From: a virus
Length of the DNA: 64,000 nucleotides
Virus record (IMG/VR): IMGVR_UViG_3300036770_006434
Span: 126,672-190,671 of that record
Strand: one strand, 5' to 3'
Shown: piece after piece, positions 39,901 through 48,155 of the stretch
How the letters are laid out: every line of letters begins with the position of its first letter
How positions within the stretch are numbered: position 1 is the first letter of the stretch
Made by a program: the position numbers and the translations under genes
The notes under the pieces: model-generated
What the model was told of the DNA's origin: nothing
Seen by the model: only the letters and a program-made list of their open reading frames with translations
The model's database searches: none

Positions 39901-40108
39901 AGCGATATGTTTTTTCTATTATTGGTTACACCGCCCGGAATTGAGCGGCTAGAAGTGTATAGGCATGGACTGTGCCAGATGGGAAATACATCTGATACGA
40001 GGGGAAAGCGAGAAAACTCTAGTCCCGAGTGTGTCATTATGTCCCCATCCCCTTGACACATTCTTTTAACCTTGACTCAGCCCCCATAACGTGTAACATC
40101 CCTTTACT

Positions 40109-40333
40109 ATGACCCGGTTACCAAACCCTAAATTCGATTTCGGGACCACTGTCTATCCGGTCCTTTGCCCGTCCAAGGAAAACGCCGGTATGGTGACAGG
40201 CTACATCCTTCGGCCCGGCGGCCACATCCTGTATCTGGTCTCCGACGAATCCGGCACGGAATCCGAGCGGGAAGCCATCGAGCTGACGGACGAAGTGGAT
40301 TACACCGCCTCTTCCGATAAAGACGACAAGTAA
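40109..40333 (+). CDS. Small SH3-like hypothetical protein
   Basis: 74 aa, KFDFGTTVY...GMVTGY...YLV; GTGTAAC 11 nt upstream. Confidence 0.65.
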   Translation: MTRLPNPKFDFGTTVYPVLCPSKENAGMVTGYILRPGGHILYLVSDESGTESEREAIELTDEVDYTASSDKDDK

Positions 40334-40340
40334 TCGGACA

Positions 40341-40667
40341 ATGAGCGAAGAAATGAGTCTGGCCGCTTTCTGGGACGCGGCCCCAGCGGCAGACAGGAAG
40401 GAAAAGAAGTGGTTGAAAGGTCCGACCATAACCCAAGAAAACCTGAAGAACGGGACCGGCGCGATTGAAAAGGTGACCCCGGCGGTATGGTTCTCCAAGA
40501 CTTCCGGCAAACCGGCGACCAGTTCAAAAGGTCCACTCAAAATGTCTTTCGGCAAATACAAGGGCCGGCTAGCCATTGAAGTCCGAGAAGACGACCCCCA
40601 TTACTGGAACTGGGCGCTGGACAATGTTGATTGGTTCGCGAAACAGGTGAAAGACGCTGGGCTTTAA
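40341..40667 (+). CDS. Hypothetical protein with FGKYKG domain
   Basis: MSFGKYKGRLAIEVREDDPHYWNWALDN motif (DUF3820 / exonuclease-X C-terminal-like). Confidence 0.7.
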   Translation: MSEEMSLAAFWDAAPAADRKEKKWLKGPTITQENLKNGTGAIEKVTPAVWFSKTSGKPATSSKGPLKMSFGKYKGRLAIEVREDDPHYWNWALDNVDWFAKQVKDAGL

Positions 40668-40673
40668 TCGGTT

Positions 40674-40946
40674 ATGGCACATCCCAGAGTGGTGAAGAAA
40701 GGTGAGGCCGGCTACGACACCTACGTGGGACGCGGGTCTGTCTGGGGTAACCCATTTGTGATCGGTATCCACGGGGACAGAGCGGAAGTAATCGCGCAAT
40801 ACGAGGAATGGATTCGCGGCAGGCCAGAATTATTGGCCAGACTCCCGGAGCTAAAGGGCAAGACCTTGGGTTGCTTCTGTGCCCCTAAGCCCTGCCACGG
40901 GGAAGTATTGCTGAAGTTGCTGAAAGAAAACGGGATAGAGGAATAG
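40674..40946 (+). CDS. DUF4326-like protein
   Basis: YVGRGSVWGNPF...RAEVIAQYEEW...LKGKTLGCFCAPKPCHGEVL. Confidence 0.85.
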   Translation: MAHPRVVKKGEAGYDTYVGRGSVWGNPFVIGIHGDRAEVIAQYEEWIRGRPELLARLPELKGKTLGCFCAPKPCHGEVLLKLLKENGIEE

Positions 40947-40986
40947 CCTCTGCTCTATCAGCTCCCCCCCGTTTACAGATCAGTTT

Positions 40987-41334
40987 CTAGCAGCATTTCC
41001 CGGCAAAGCGCGACCCGCCACGGAGCCCGCCATTTTTGCGAACAGCCGCGCCCCGAGCCGTTTTTTGCGGCAGGGACTGGGGCACAGGAGCCGAGCCCAC
41101 GATATCCGACATTTTGGAAAGGTCCAAAGGAGGACGGTCCAATTCCCGGATTTGCCGATTGGCTTCTTCCGCAATCTGATACCACCCCATATTACTGGCG
41201 TGACGCGCCTTGGACTTGAGCCTTACCTTTTTGCGGTATTTCTCGGAGCCGAAGTCGTAACAGAGACACTTAATGATGTGGGTCACGAACTTGCCGGTTA
41301 CGACTAAGACGAAGATGAAGAATAAGGCTAGCAT
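40987..41334 (-). CDS. Hypothetical protein with N-terminal TM segment
   Basis: MLALFFIFVLVVTG; upstream TTGACA-17-CATAGT (41421-41393). Confidence 0.55.
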   Translation of the reverse strand: MLALFFIFVLVVTGKFVTHIIKCLCYDFGSEKYRKKVRLKSKARHASNMGWYQIAEEANRQIRELDRPPLDLSKMSDIVGSAPVPQSLPQKTARGAAVRKNGGLRGGSRFAGKCC

Positions 41335-41628
41335 GATGGGATGGATGGATTTTGGTGAAGTTTTTGGAACAGTTTTTTCTGATTTCTCCGAGACTATGGA
41401 CTAATTTCTGCCAAATGTCAAGCCCCGAAAGGGGGTAATTTTTGCAAGTAATTGGTCCCGCCTATTTTTTGGGATTTTATCCCAAACGGATGGACCCCTT
41501 TCTGCCCGGTTTTTGAAAACAGGGGGTCACCTGATGCGAATACCACCGTCCACAGTGAAAAGGTGTCCAAACAGACATAGGCGGTGGGAGAGGACAAGAT
41601 ACATTGCCATAGGGACCGGAACACCGGG

Positions 41629-41824
41629 ATACAACTGGATTTTTGAAGTGGTGCCGAGGCGAGGGTAGCGGTGAACCACAAAGGATAGGAAGGAATAAGA
41701 CTATCGGCAAAGGAGACAGTGACTCTGGGTATAACTTGGATTTTTGGGGGACCGGCGAGGCTTCTTACAATGGATATGGAAACACTGACATACAACTGGA
41801 TTTTGGAATGGGCTACGAGGCGAG
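41629..41824 (+). repeat. Three bipartite direct repeats ATACAACTGGATTTT-N11-CGAGGC
   Basis: Copies at 41629, 41730 (degenerate) and 41790; CGAGGC starts exactly 26 nt after each copy start. Confidence 0.8.
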
Positions 41825-42165
41825 AATGATAGCCACCCGGCGCTCGCGCCGCTTGTAAAAAACTTGTAAAAATCGAAAAACACCCCTCGTTCTTTCGGAT
41901 TAGGGGGAACCCCTCGGTCTGACTAGGGTGTTTCCCCTAGTTTTGACAACTTTTTTACGTATGTAAAAATCGCGCCTAGTATGCTTTCCCTTCGATCCTA
42001 GGCCATCGGGCCGGAGTGCATACCTAGGTATACCACAAAAAGGGAGCGGCCCTAATGCGGCGCAATGGCCGTTTCCGGGCATCCCCCCCCTTTGGCTCGA
42101 TCCCCTGTTTTCGGCCTAGTCTATTGCAAGGGATTAGCGAAAGGGAGGTGGCGGGAATGGGCACG

Positions 42166-42193
42166 AAAAAACCCGGACCGTTTCCGGCCCGGG
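42166..42193 (-). terminator. Intrinsic terminator closing the leftward small-gene region
   Basis: Minus strand CCCGGGCCG-GAAA-CGGTCCGGG then TTTTTT. Confidence 0.85.
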
Positions 42194-42219
42194 GCGAGGG
42201 GATGCGGCGCGCCGTGCGG

Positions 42220-42435
42220 TTAGACGCCCACGGGTTCGCGCTGCGTCACAGTTGCGTGCGTCACATCCGACACGCTTTCAACCGTCATAGACTTGCGCGC
42301 GTGCCATTGAACCAACGTGTCGAGTGCCATAAAGCTCGCGCGCGAACGGGAAAGGAAAGCCGAATCCGTGACAAGTTGCGTGCGTTGACCCTTGGGTGTG
42401 TTCACGATAACGGTGCGGGAATAGAGGGAGGACAT
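42220..42435 (-). CDS. Hypothetical protein
   Basis: 71-aa ORF between a TTGACT promoter-like site (42524) and the terminator. Confidence 0.55.
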   Translation of the reverse strand: MSSLYSRTVIVNTPKGQRTQLVTDSAFLSRSRASFMALDTLVQWHARKSMTVESVSDVTHATVTQREPVGV

Positions 42436-42779
42436 TTGAGGGAGGCTTAAGCGAATCAGTTAATCGGCCCGGCGGAGCGCCGAACCTATGCGCAAAGGAA
42501 AAGACCCCGCACAAGCGGAGTCAATCCCTTTTTCTCGCCTACGTGTTACTACTTAGGCCGCGCGCCGGCCCGTTTGCGAGGGGTGGAGACCCATTGCGCG
42601 CAATTGTTTGGCTTCCCTTTCCTCTGCGTTCCATTGCGCGGCCTGCTCCGCTTGCGCATGGCTTTCCCGCGCATCGTCCAGTAATTCCCGCGCAAGGGAA
42701 AGCAGGTTTTGGCGCCCATAGGACAGGCACGAAGCGCCCCAAAAACCGCGGTGATCCTGATCGAAATCCGCGCTTTGCG

Positions 42780-43235
42780 TTACTCGTTTTCCGCAATCTC
42801 CAGTTTGATTCCAAGGGAGGCAAGCAATTCCGGAGTCAATGCGTCAAGCCTGTCTCCGTTCAAATCCTTTGCGTAAATGCTCGAAAGCGTGCCGTCGGGC
42901 ATCCTGCGGGAATTCCCGCGGAATCCGTAGGCATCATTCCAGCAACGCCGCAAATGGTCGCGCTCTTCGCCTTCGGGCATCGCTTCGATTTCAGCGTGCT
43001 CTTTTCCGGCCTCTTCATCGCCAGCGGGAAAGAATTCGTCTTCACAAATGGAATAGGCGTCTTCCCACGTTTGCGCCCGGACAATTCCACCAACCATGCC
43101 GAAGTTGCCAAGCGTAGTTTGCCAGACGAACAGAGGGCCGAATCCATCATCATACGTGGGGATTTTATGGCCGGATTCCGTTTGAGCGGAAACAAGCGAT
43201 TGCGAGTCAGTAATCAGGGAGTTGTTTGTTTTCAC
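42780..43235 (-). CDS. Hypothetical protein
   Basis: 151 aa, GTG start MKTNN, acidic globular composition. Confidence 0.75.
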   Translation of the reverse strand: MKTNNSLITDSQSLVSAQTESGHKIPTYDDGFGPLFVWQTTLGNFGMVGGIVRAQTWEDAYSICEDEFFPAGDEEAGKEHAEIEAMPEGEERDHLRRCWNDAYGFRGNSRRMPDGTLSSIYAKDLNGDRLDALTPELLASLGIKLEIAENE

Positions 43236-43316
43236 GTTACGAGGTAAACGGTTTGTGCGGCGCGCCGCAAGCTTTATTTTGCGGGAAAATGCACGGTGTT
43301 TTGTAACGCGTTACAA

Positions 43317-43613
43317 TCAAACCGTTTCCCGCACGGGATAAAGGTCAGCAGACGAAAGCAGGCCGGCGGCCTTTTTCATCCGGAATTCCCGGACATATTG
43401 GCGGTCAATTTCCCGGAGTTCGGCATAAACTTCGGGCTTCACAACCGCCAACGTTGGCCAATCCCATCCCGTGCAAATGTCTCCGCGGCAACGGTCTGCG
43501 CGCGCTTCACGGTCAAGTTTCCGCAAAATTGCGTCATACCGGCGGCGGAGTGCTGCGCGCGCTTTGTCGAAAGGAGTAGGAGAAAGGACAGGGGAAACGG
43601 TGTTTGATTTCAT
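43317..43613 (-). CDS. Hypothetical protein
   Basis: 98 aa, MKSNT start. Confidence 0.7.
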   Translation of the reverse strand: MKSNTVSPVLSPTPFDKARAALRRRYDAILRKLDREARADRCRGDICTGWDWPTLAVVKPEVYAELREIDRQYVREFRMKKAAGLLSSADLYPVRETV

Positions 43614-43801
43614 GCGAGGAAATGAGAAGCGGGGACGGGTTTAATGGGGCGAATCGCGTTAACGTCTTGGACGAAAAACGTGCCATTGTATCCGACGCGC
43701 ATAACTTTGTAAAGCGCATGTTTAGAGAGACCGTTTTCGTTGGAAGGCGATTCCAAAGTTTTGCCAAGGTAATGGGCGAGGGATTCGTTTTTCGTTTTCA
43801 C
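43610..43801 (-). CDS. Hypothetical protein
   Basis: 63 aa, GTG start (MKTKNES) under TTGCGC-17-TTCTCT; 4-nt overlap with next gene. Confidence 0.6.
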   Translation of the reverse strand: MKTKNESLAHYLGKTLESPSNENGLSKHALYKVMRVGYNGTFFVQDVNAIRPIKPVPASHFLA

Positions 43802-43846
43802 AGAAAAGAGAGAAAGGGGATTTGCGGCCGGGCGCAAGGTTTATTT

Positions 43847-44206
43847 TCAGTAATTTTCGCTTTCCCGCTCTTCTTTTTCCCTCAATTCTTTCGCAAATCC
43901 TTCGTGCGCGGGCACATAGACGCCCCATGCCGTGCGCGGTTCATCCTCCTTTTTCCACGCCGTCAATCCGAACACTTTCAAGCAAGCGGACGCCACTGGA
44001 CCGGTAAAACCGGCGCAAATCGCCTTGCGAGGTTCCGCGCCGCGGGAAATGTCCTCAGCTACGTTTTCGGCCCGCTCGAAATAGATTCCAAGTGCATAAG
44101 GGTTGTAACCTTTGGTGCGGTTTCCTCCGGTCCGTTCACGGTGTGCGGAGTCGAAACGCGTCAATGCGGTTTGCAGTAAGGCAAGGGATTCGGTTTTCGT
44201 TTTCAT
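43847..44206 (-). CDS. Hypothetical protein
   Basis: 119 aa, MKTKTES start under TTGCGC-17-TTCTCT-8-ATG. Confidence 0.7.
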   Translation of the reverse strand: MKTKTESLALLQTALTRFDSAHRERTGGNRTKGYNPYALGIYFERAENVAEDISRGAEPRKAICAGFTGPVASACLKVFGLTAWKKEDEPRTAWGVYVPAHEGFAKELREKEERESENY

Positions 44207-44315
44207 CGGAAGGGAGAGAAAAGGGTTTTTGCCGGGGGCGCAAGGGAAAAGAAAAAGAATTTTCGCAAGGGGTTTACAGTTTCACCCCGTAAACCCGCGC
44301 AAGGTTTGTTTTCAT

Positions 44316-44803
44316 CGGTTGAAAGGTAAAGCGAGGGACAAACCTATTGTCAAGCGGTTTTCCGGAAAAACCCACTAAGTAGTTTCCACACCTAGGCAAG
44401 CTCCCGTTTTTGCGCTATACTGTCCGCACGTTAGAAAACGCCCGGCAAGGCTCCTTTTCTAATTCAAACCCCGGGGGTTGGGGAGAACCGGACGGCGTGT
44501 AAAAAAAGTGTAAAACAGTATTTTGGGCTTGCATGTCTCCCGGGCTTCGACTAGGGGCGGCAGCACTACGTAATACTACTACCTAGACAGGGAATCTTTT
44601 TTCGCGTAGGATAGGCGGCGAAGGCTATGGGGCTCCGCCCCGCAGTGAGGGTGGACAGGCTACGCGGATTCCTAGGGCCGCCGCGCAGCAAGGCCCATTT
44701 GGAAAATTTTACCACATCCCGGAAACTGTGTCAAGCATTTATTTTTCGGCTCTTTTTTGTGTGTGTTTGGAAACATTCTAACACGAAAGCCGCGCGGAGT
44801 CAA
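44316..44803. promoter_or_regulatory. Cluster of divergent and convergent sigma70-type promoters in a gene-free region
   Basis: Leftward: TTGACA (44353), TTGACA-17-TAAAAT (44734-44706), TTGACT-17-TAGAAT (44803-44775). Rightward: TAGGCA-17-TATACT (44393-44421), TAGACA-17-TAGGAT (44584-44612). Confidence 0.75.
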
Positions 44804-45428
44804 TAGCTAAAATGGTGAGGTGCGGAAACTACGTAGAAACCGGATTTGCGCAATTTTCCCGTTGACTTCCCGCTGCGCGCCGTTATTAGGCCGCCGCCTC
44901 GCGCTTCTGTAAGTAGTTGGAACACGTCAATGACTTACAAAAGTGTGGGCGATTTTTTACCTCTAATTCGCCCGAAAATTGACTTGAATTTATATCGTTG
45001 CGCCGCAATTACTTACAAAAGCGGAAAATGCCGGAAATGAGGTTTTCATCGGGGTCTGACACTCGCGGCGAATAATTAAATAAATAACGTAAGTCACTCC
45101 GACACTTGCTTGGCACGTTTCCTGCGCGTGACGCAAGTAGTTAGTCCCGCAAAGACTTACGCACTTCCCGAAGGGGCGCGCAATTCCGGCGGCGCGTTTG
45201 GAAAAGTGTTGACTTTTCCCCGGGGTTAGATAGAAGCGCGAAAATAATTGTTTTTCGGTCTTGACTTCCCGCCGGGAGTCGATAAAAGCGCCGCGCCTAC
45301 GTGTTTTTACCCCTTGACTACCGGCCGGAATCAGTTAGTGGCGCAAATTTTCCCGGATTTTCCCGCGTTTTCCCGGATTTTGCCGTTGACTTACGGGCGG
45401 GAGCAGGTAGGGGAGCGGGTCCGTGGTA

Positions 45429-45468
45429 GATTTTGGAAGATTTTGGAAGAAAATGGAAGATTTTGGAA
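45429..45468 (+). repeat. Tandem 10-bp repeat GATTTTGGAA, four copies
   Basis: gattttggaa gattttggaa gaaaatggaa gattttggaa. Confidence 0.85.
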
Positions 45469-45797
45469 CGTTCGTTTCAAACGGTCGTTTAGAGGCGAGA
45501 ACCAAAGGCTAACCCGCCCCAACCCATTTCGACACATTTCCCCCCAAAAAGCTCCTTTTGCCTGTCCTGTCTACTGTCCTTTCCTCCTATGGCGGGAGTC
45601 TTTTCCTCTAAGGTCTTTCCCCTTTGTTTCCTTTCCTCCCTTTTGCGGCCTTTCCCTTGCCGATCTAAGGTCTAAAGACTCCGGGACAGGTGAACCCCGG
45701 GACAAGGCGGCGGGAAGGGGGCGGGAAGGGTTTGCACATCCCCCCGGGGGGACAGTTTGCCGGCCGTTTCCATGCAGCGGGGGCGGGGGCGGGACGC

Positions 45798-45834
45798 AAA
45801 AAGCCCCGGAAACCGTGTGACAGGCTCCCGGGGC
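45798..45834 (-). terminator. Putative intrinsic terminator separating the gene array from the non-coding hub
   Basis: Minus strand GCCCCGG-(18 nt)-CCGGGGC-TTTTT, about 20 nt after the stop of 45857..46240. Confidence 0.65.
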
Positions 45835-45856
45835 GTAAAACTAGCGGACAGGCGGG

Positions 45857-46240
45857 TTAAACCAACCCCGCGCGCCTAGCCGCCGCCAAGGCTTCCGGCT
45901 GAGTTTCCAAGTCCCAACCGTTCCGCAAATATTCCCGCGCCCGGGCAAGGTCCGCAAACTCTTCAACCTCTGCAACCGTCGCGCGGATTTCCGCCAAGGG
46001 GGCCGGCTCCCGGTAATTCTTTTGACGCCGGAACGTTTCACCCCAACCAACCGCCAACCCGCCAACCCCGGGCAGGCTTTCCACTGTATAGCCGGCCAAT
46101 CGAAACGCAGATTCCGCGGACGCAAGGCACGTTTGCGGGGAGTCCGGAAACCATGCGGCAACCCCTTCCCATTTCCGGGATTTTGTCCGGCGGGCTAGGA
46201 GGTAGGGCGCAAGGGCGGCGGGGGAGGTGTTCGGATTCAT
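45857..46240 (-). CDS. Hypothetical protein (leaderless)
   Basis: MNPNTSPAA start; TTGACA-18-TACCTT-7-ATG. Confidence 0.75.
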   Translation of the reverse strand: MNPNTSPAALAPYLLARRTKSRKWEGVAAWFPDSPQTCLASAESAFRLAGYTVESLPGVGGLAVGWGETFRRQKNYREPAPLAEIRATVAEVEEFADLARAREYLRNGWDLETQPEALAAARRAGLV

Positions 46241-46273
46241 CGGCGGCAAGGTAAGGGCCAATTTTCCCCCGTG

Positions 46274-46750
46274 TCAAACGCTTTTTGCGTAAAACTGCAA
46301 CGCCCAAAGCGGGCGCGGCTTCGTGTCGTCCGTTTTCGTGATCCGGGCTAGGGAAACGGGCGGGCATCCCGGGAACGCAACCAGCGCGGCGGTTTTCCCA
46401 TTTTCGGGAATTTCACACGTTACCCCATGAAGGGCGCCCCATTGCGTTACCTGCTCCCGGGTCAAAAGGTGCGGAGACCCGGCCGGGCGCATCCCCGGCA
46501 CTTCGTCCGGGGTTTCGGGAGGATAGGGGAGCCAACCGGCAACCGGCGAGCGTTCATCGGTCCGGCCGGTCAAGTCAACCCGTTTGCCCGAAGGCGTCGC
46601 GCAATAATGGCAACCCGTTTCCGGGTCAACTGCAACCCGGGCGAGCTGGCGGGAACCGTCGGCGCGGACTAGGACTAGGAGAAGCCCGGCCGCGTTCGGA
46701 ATGTCCGCGCGGGCGCGAAGGGCGGGAGCGGGGGAAGTGTTTTTATTCAT
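46274..46750 (-). CDS. Hypothetical protein (leaderless)
   Basis: MNKNTSPAP start; TTGTGC-17-CAACCT-8-ATG; palindrome at 46799. Confidence 0.75.
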   Translation of the reverse strand: MNKNTSPAPALRARADIPNAAGLLLVLVRADGSRQLARVAVDPETGCHYCATPSGKRVDLTGRTDERSPVAGWLPYPPETPDEVPGMRPAGSPHLLTREQVTQWGALHGVTCEIPENGKTAALVAFPGCPPVSLARITKTDDTKPRPLWALQFYAKSV

Positions 46751-46814
46751 CGGGGCCAAGGTTGCGCCCTTTCCATCCCGGGCACAAGTTTTTTCTCCTA
46801 CGTAGTTCTACGTA

Positions 46815-46985
46815 TTACCCAAGGGCCAACCCGGAGCCGATAATGGCGAACCCAAGCGCCAACCCAAGCAGGGCCGCGCAGACATAGGCCGCACCCCGGG
46901 ACCGGCGCCAGACAGGGGGCCGGCGGGGCGGGACCGTCACCGGGACATAACAGAGGACGCGGGCAGGGCGTGGAAAGTGTGTCAT
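46815..46985 (-). CDS. Small membrane protein
   Basis: 56 aa, C-terminal TM AAYVCAALLGLALGFAIIGSGLALG. Confidence 0.6.
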   Translation of the reverse strand: MTHFPRPARVLCYVPVTVPPRRPPVWRRSRGAAYVCAALLGLALGFAIIGSGLALG

Positions 46986-46989
46986 GGCG

Positions 46990-47205
46990 CTAGGAAAGTT
47001 CAGCACGACGGCGGGCAATGGCTTCGTTGAACGTTTCCCCCGGGCGCGCCCAAATTAGGCCGGTTCCGCGTTGCTCACGGCAACCCCATGAACGTGCGTA
47101 AGCCGTATCGCGCCCGAAACTCTCGAAAAAGTGGTAATGCCAGCAAATTGCGCCGCGTTTGGTTTCGCGGATGACGGCTTGGCGGTGATAATATATCGAA
47201 GACAT
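46990..47205 (-). CDS. Hypothetical protein
   Basis: 71 aa MSSIYYHRQ..., tightly packed between neighbours. Confidence 0.65.
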   Translation of the reverse strand: MSSIYYHRQAVIRETKRGAICWHYHFFESFGRDTAYARSWGCREQRGTGLIWARPGETFNEAIARRRAELS

Positions 47206-47236
47206 TTTTACAAGTTTAGAGGTTGCGGGGTGCGAC

Positions 47237-47569
47237 TCAGGCCGTAAGGAGCAGGCATTGCACCGGGTCGCCGCCGTTGGCGCGGTCACAATCGGCGAGA
47301 AACGCGGACAGACCGGCGCGGAAATCGGCAGGCACTTCCTCAATGCTCGACACGAAGGGCGCCACCGGGGCCGGGACGAAATCGGCGGGGAGCAGGTCCG
47401 CCGGGTCAAGCGGAGCCGGGGCCGGGGACTGTTTGGCAACCCAAACGCGCGGCATGACGGGAGCGGACGGGGCGGGGAAAATCCCGGCGGCGGCAAGGGC
47501 GGCACAAGACGCGGCGCGGCGGGAGAGAACACGGGAGCGAATCAGGGCGAGACGGGTGGCGGATTTCAT
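47237..47569 (-). CDS. Hypothetical protein
   Basis: 110 aa MKSAT..., Ala/Pro-rich. Confidence 0.6.
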   Translation of the reverse strand: MKSATRLALIRSRVLSRRAASCAALAAAGIFPAPSAPVMPRVWVAKQSPAPAPLDPADLLPADFVPAPVAPFVSSIEEVPADFRAGLSAFLADCDRANGGDPVQCLLLTA

Positions 47570-47710
47570 CGTATAACGGGAACAGACTAGCGGTTTTCGG
47601 TTTTTGGCGTCCGGGGTGACGTTGTGCCTTCCCAGACTTGAACGGGGCAGAGGTTGTGGGCGGGTTGGCGGGAAGTCAAGCGGTTTTCCTGACTATTTTC
47701 CTACGTAGTT

Positions 47711-47995
47711 TTACGTAGTCGGCGAACTCTTTTTGATCCACTTCCGCACCGTCATATCCCAAAGGAAGCCGGCCGCAAGGCGCTCCGCTTCCCGGACACT
47801 TTGGCAGTGCGGGTTGCCGTTCCCGCCGCGTTTCGCTAGGTATTCCGCCCCGCGTTTCGTGCGGAACGGGCCAACCGCACAAGTGAATTGCGGGCATGTT
47901 TCGGCGGTAGGTTCGCCAGTGTGACGGAATACGGTGCGGGCGTTGCCTTTTACGCCTACCCAAAGGCGGCGCGTTTGTTTCGTTTCTTTTTTCAT
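47711..47995 (-). CDS. Hypothetical protein (leaderless)
   Basis: GTGACA-17-GATACT-8-ATG; palindrome at 48044; 94 aa basic. Confidence 0.75.
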   Translation of the reverse strand: MKKETKQTRRLWVGVKGNARTVFRHTGEPTAETCPQFTCAVGPFRTKRGAEYLAKRGGNGNPHCQSVREAERLAAGFLWDMTVRKWIKKSSPTT

Positions 47996-48056
47996 CGGAG
48001 CACAGTATCGGAAAAATTCCCGCGCTTGTCACGCTTTTTCTCCTAGGGTCTATTCC

Positions 48057-48134
48057 CTAGTCATCCCGCAAATCGTTTTCAGTAGCCAAAAGGATGCCCA
48101 AAACAAGGCAAATCAGGAGAACGGCGGCAGCCAT
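48057..48134 (-). CDS. 25-aa hydrophobic peptide
   Basis: MAAAVLLICLVLGILLATENDLRDD; TAG stop is the distal arm of palindrome 48044. Confidence 0.5.
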   Translation of the reverse strand: MAAAVLLICLVLGILLATENDLRDD

Positions 48135-48155
48135 AAATTGCGAGGGTTTAAGGGT

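Larger units (their letters stand above)
1150..40097. promoter_or_regulatory. Candidate late-promoter motif GTGTAAC upstream of structural/late genes
   Basis: Sense-oriented copies at 1150(+), 10723(+), 40091(+), 18973(-), 23065(-), 24100(-), 28590(-), 37676(-), 38011(-), 38917(-), 39925(-); variant GTGTAAT at 19425(-); 10-73 nt before ATGs. Confidence 0.6.

Noticed and set aside
43802-43837. ORF-track TTG start at 43837
   Set aside because: That TTG is the -35 box (TTGCGC); the GTG at 43801 fits the leaderless pattern
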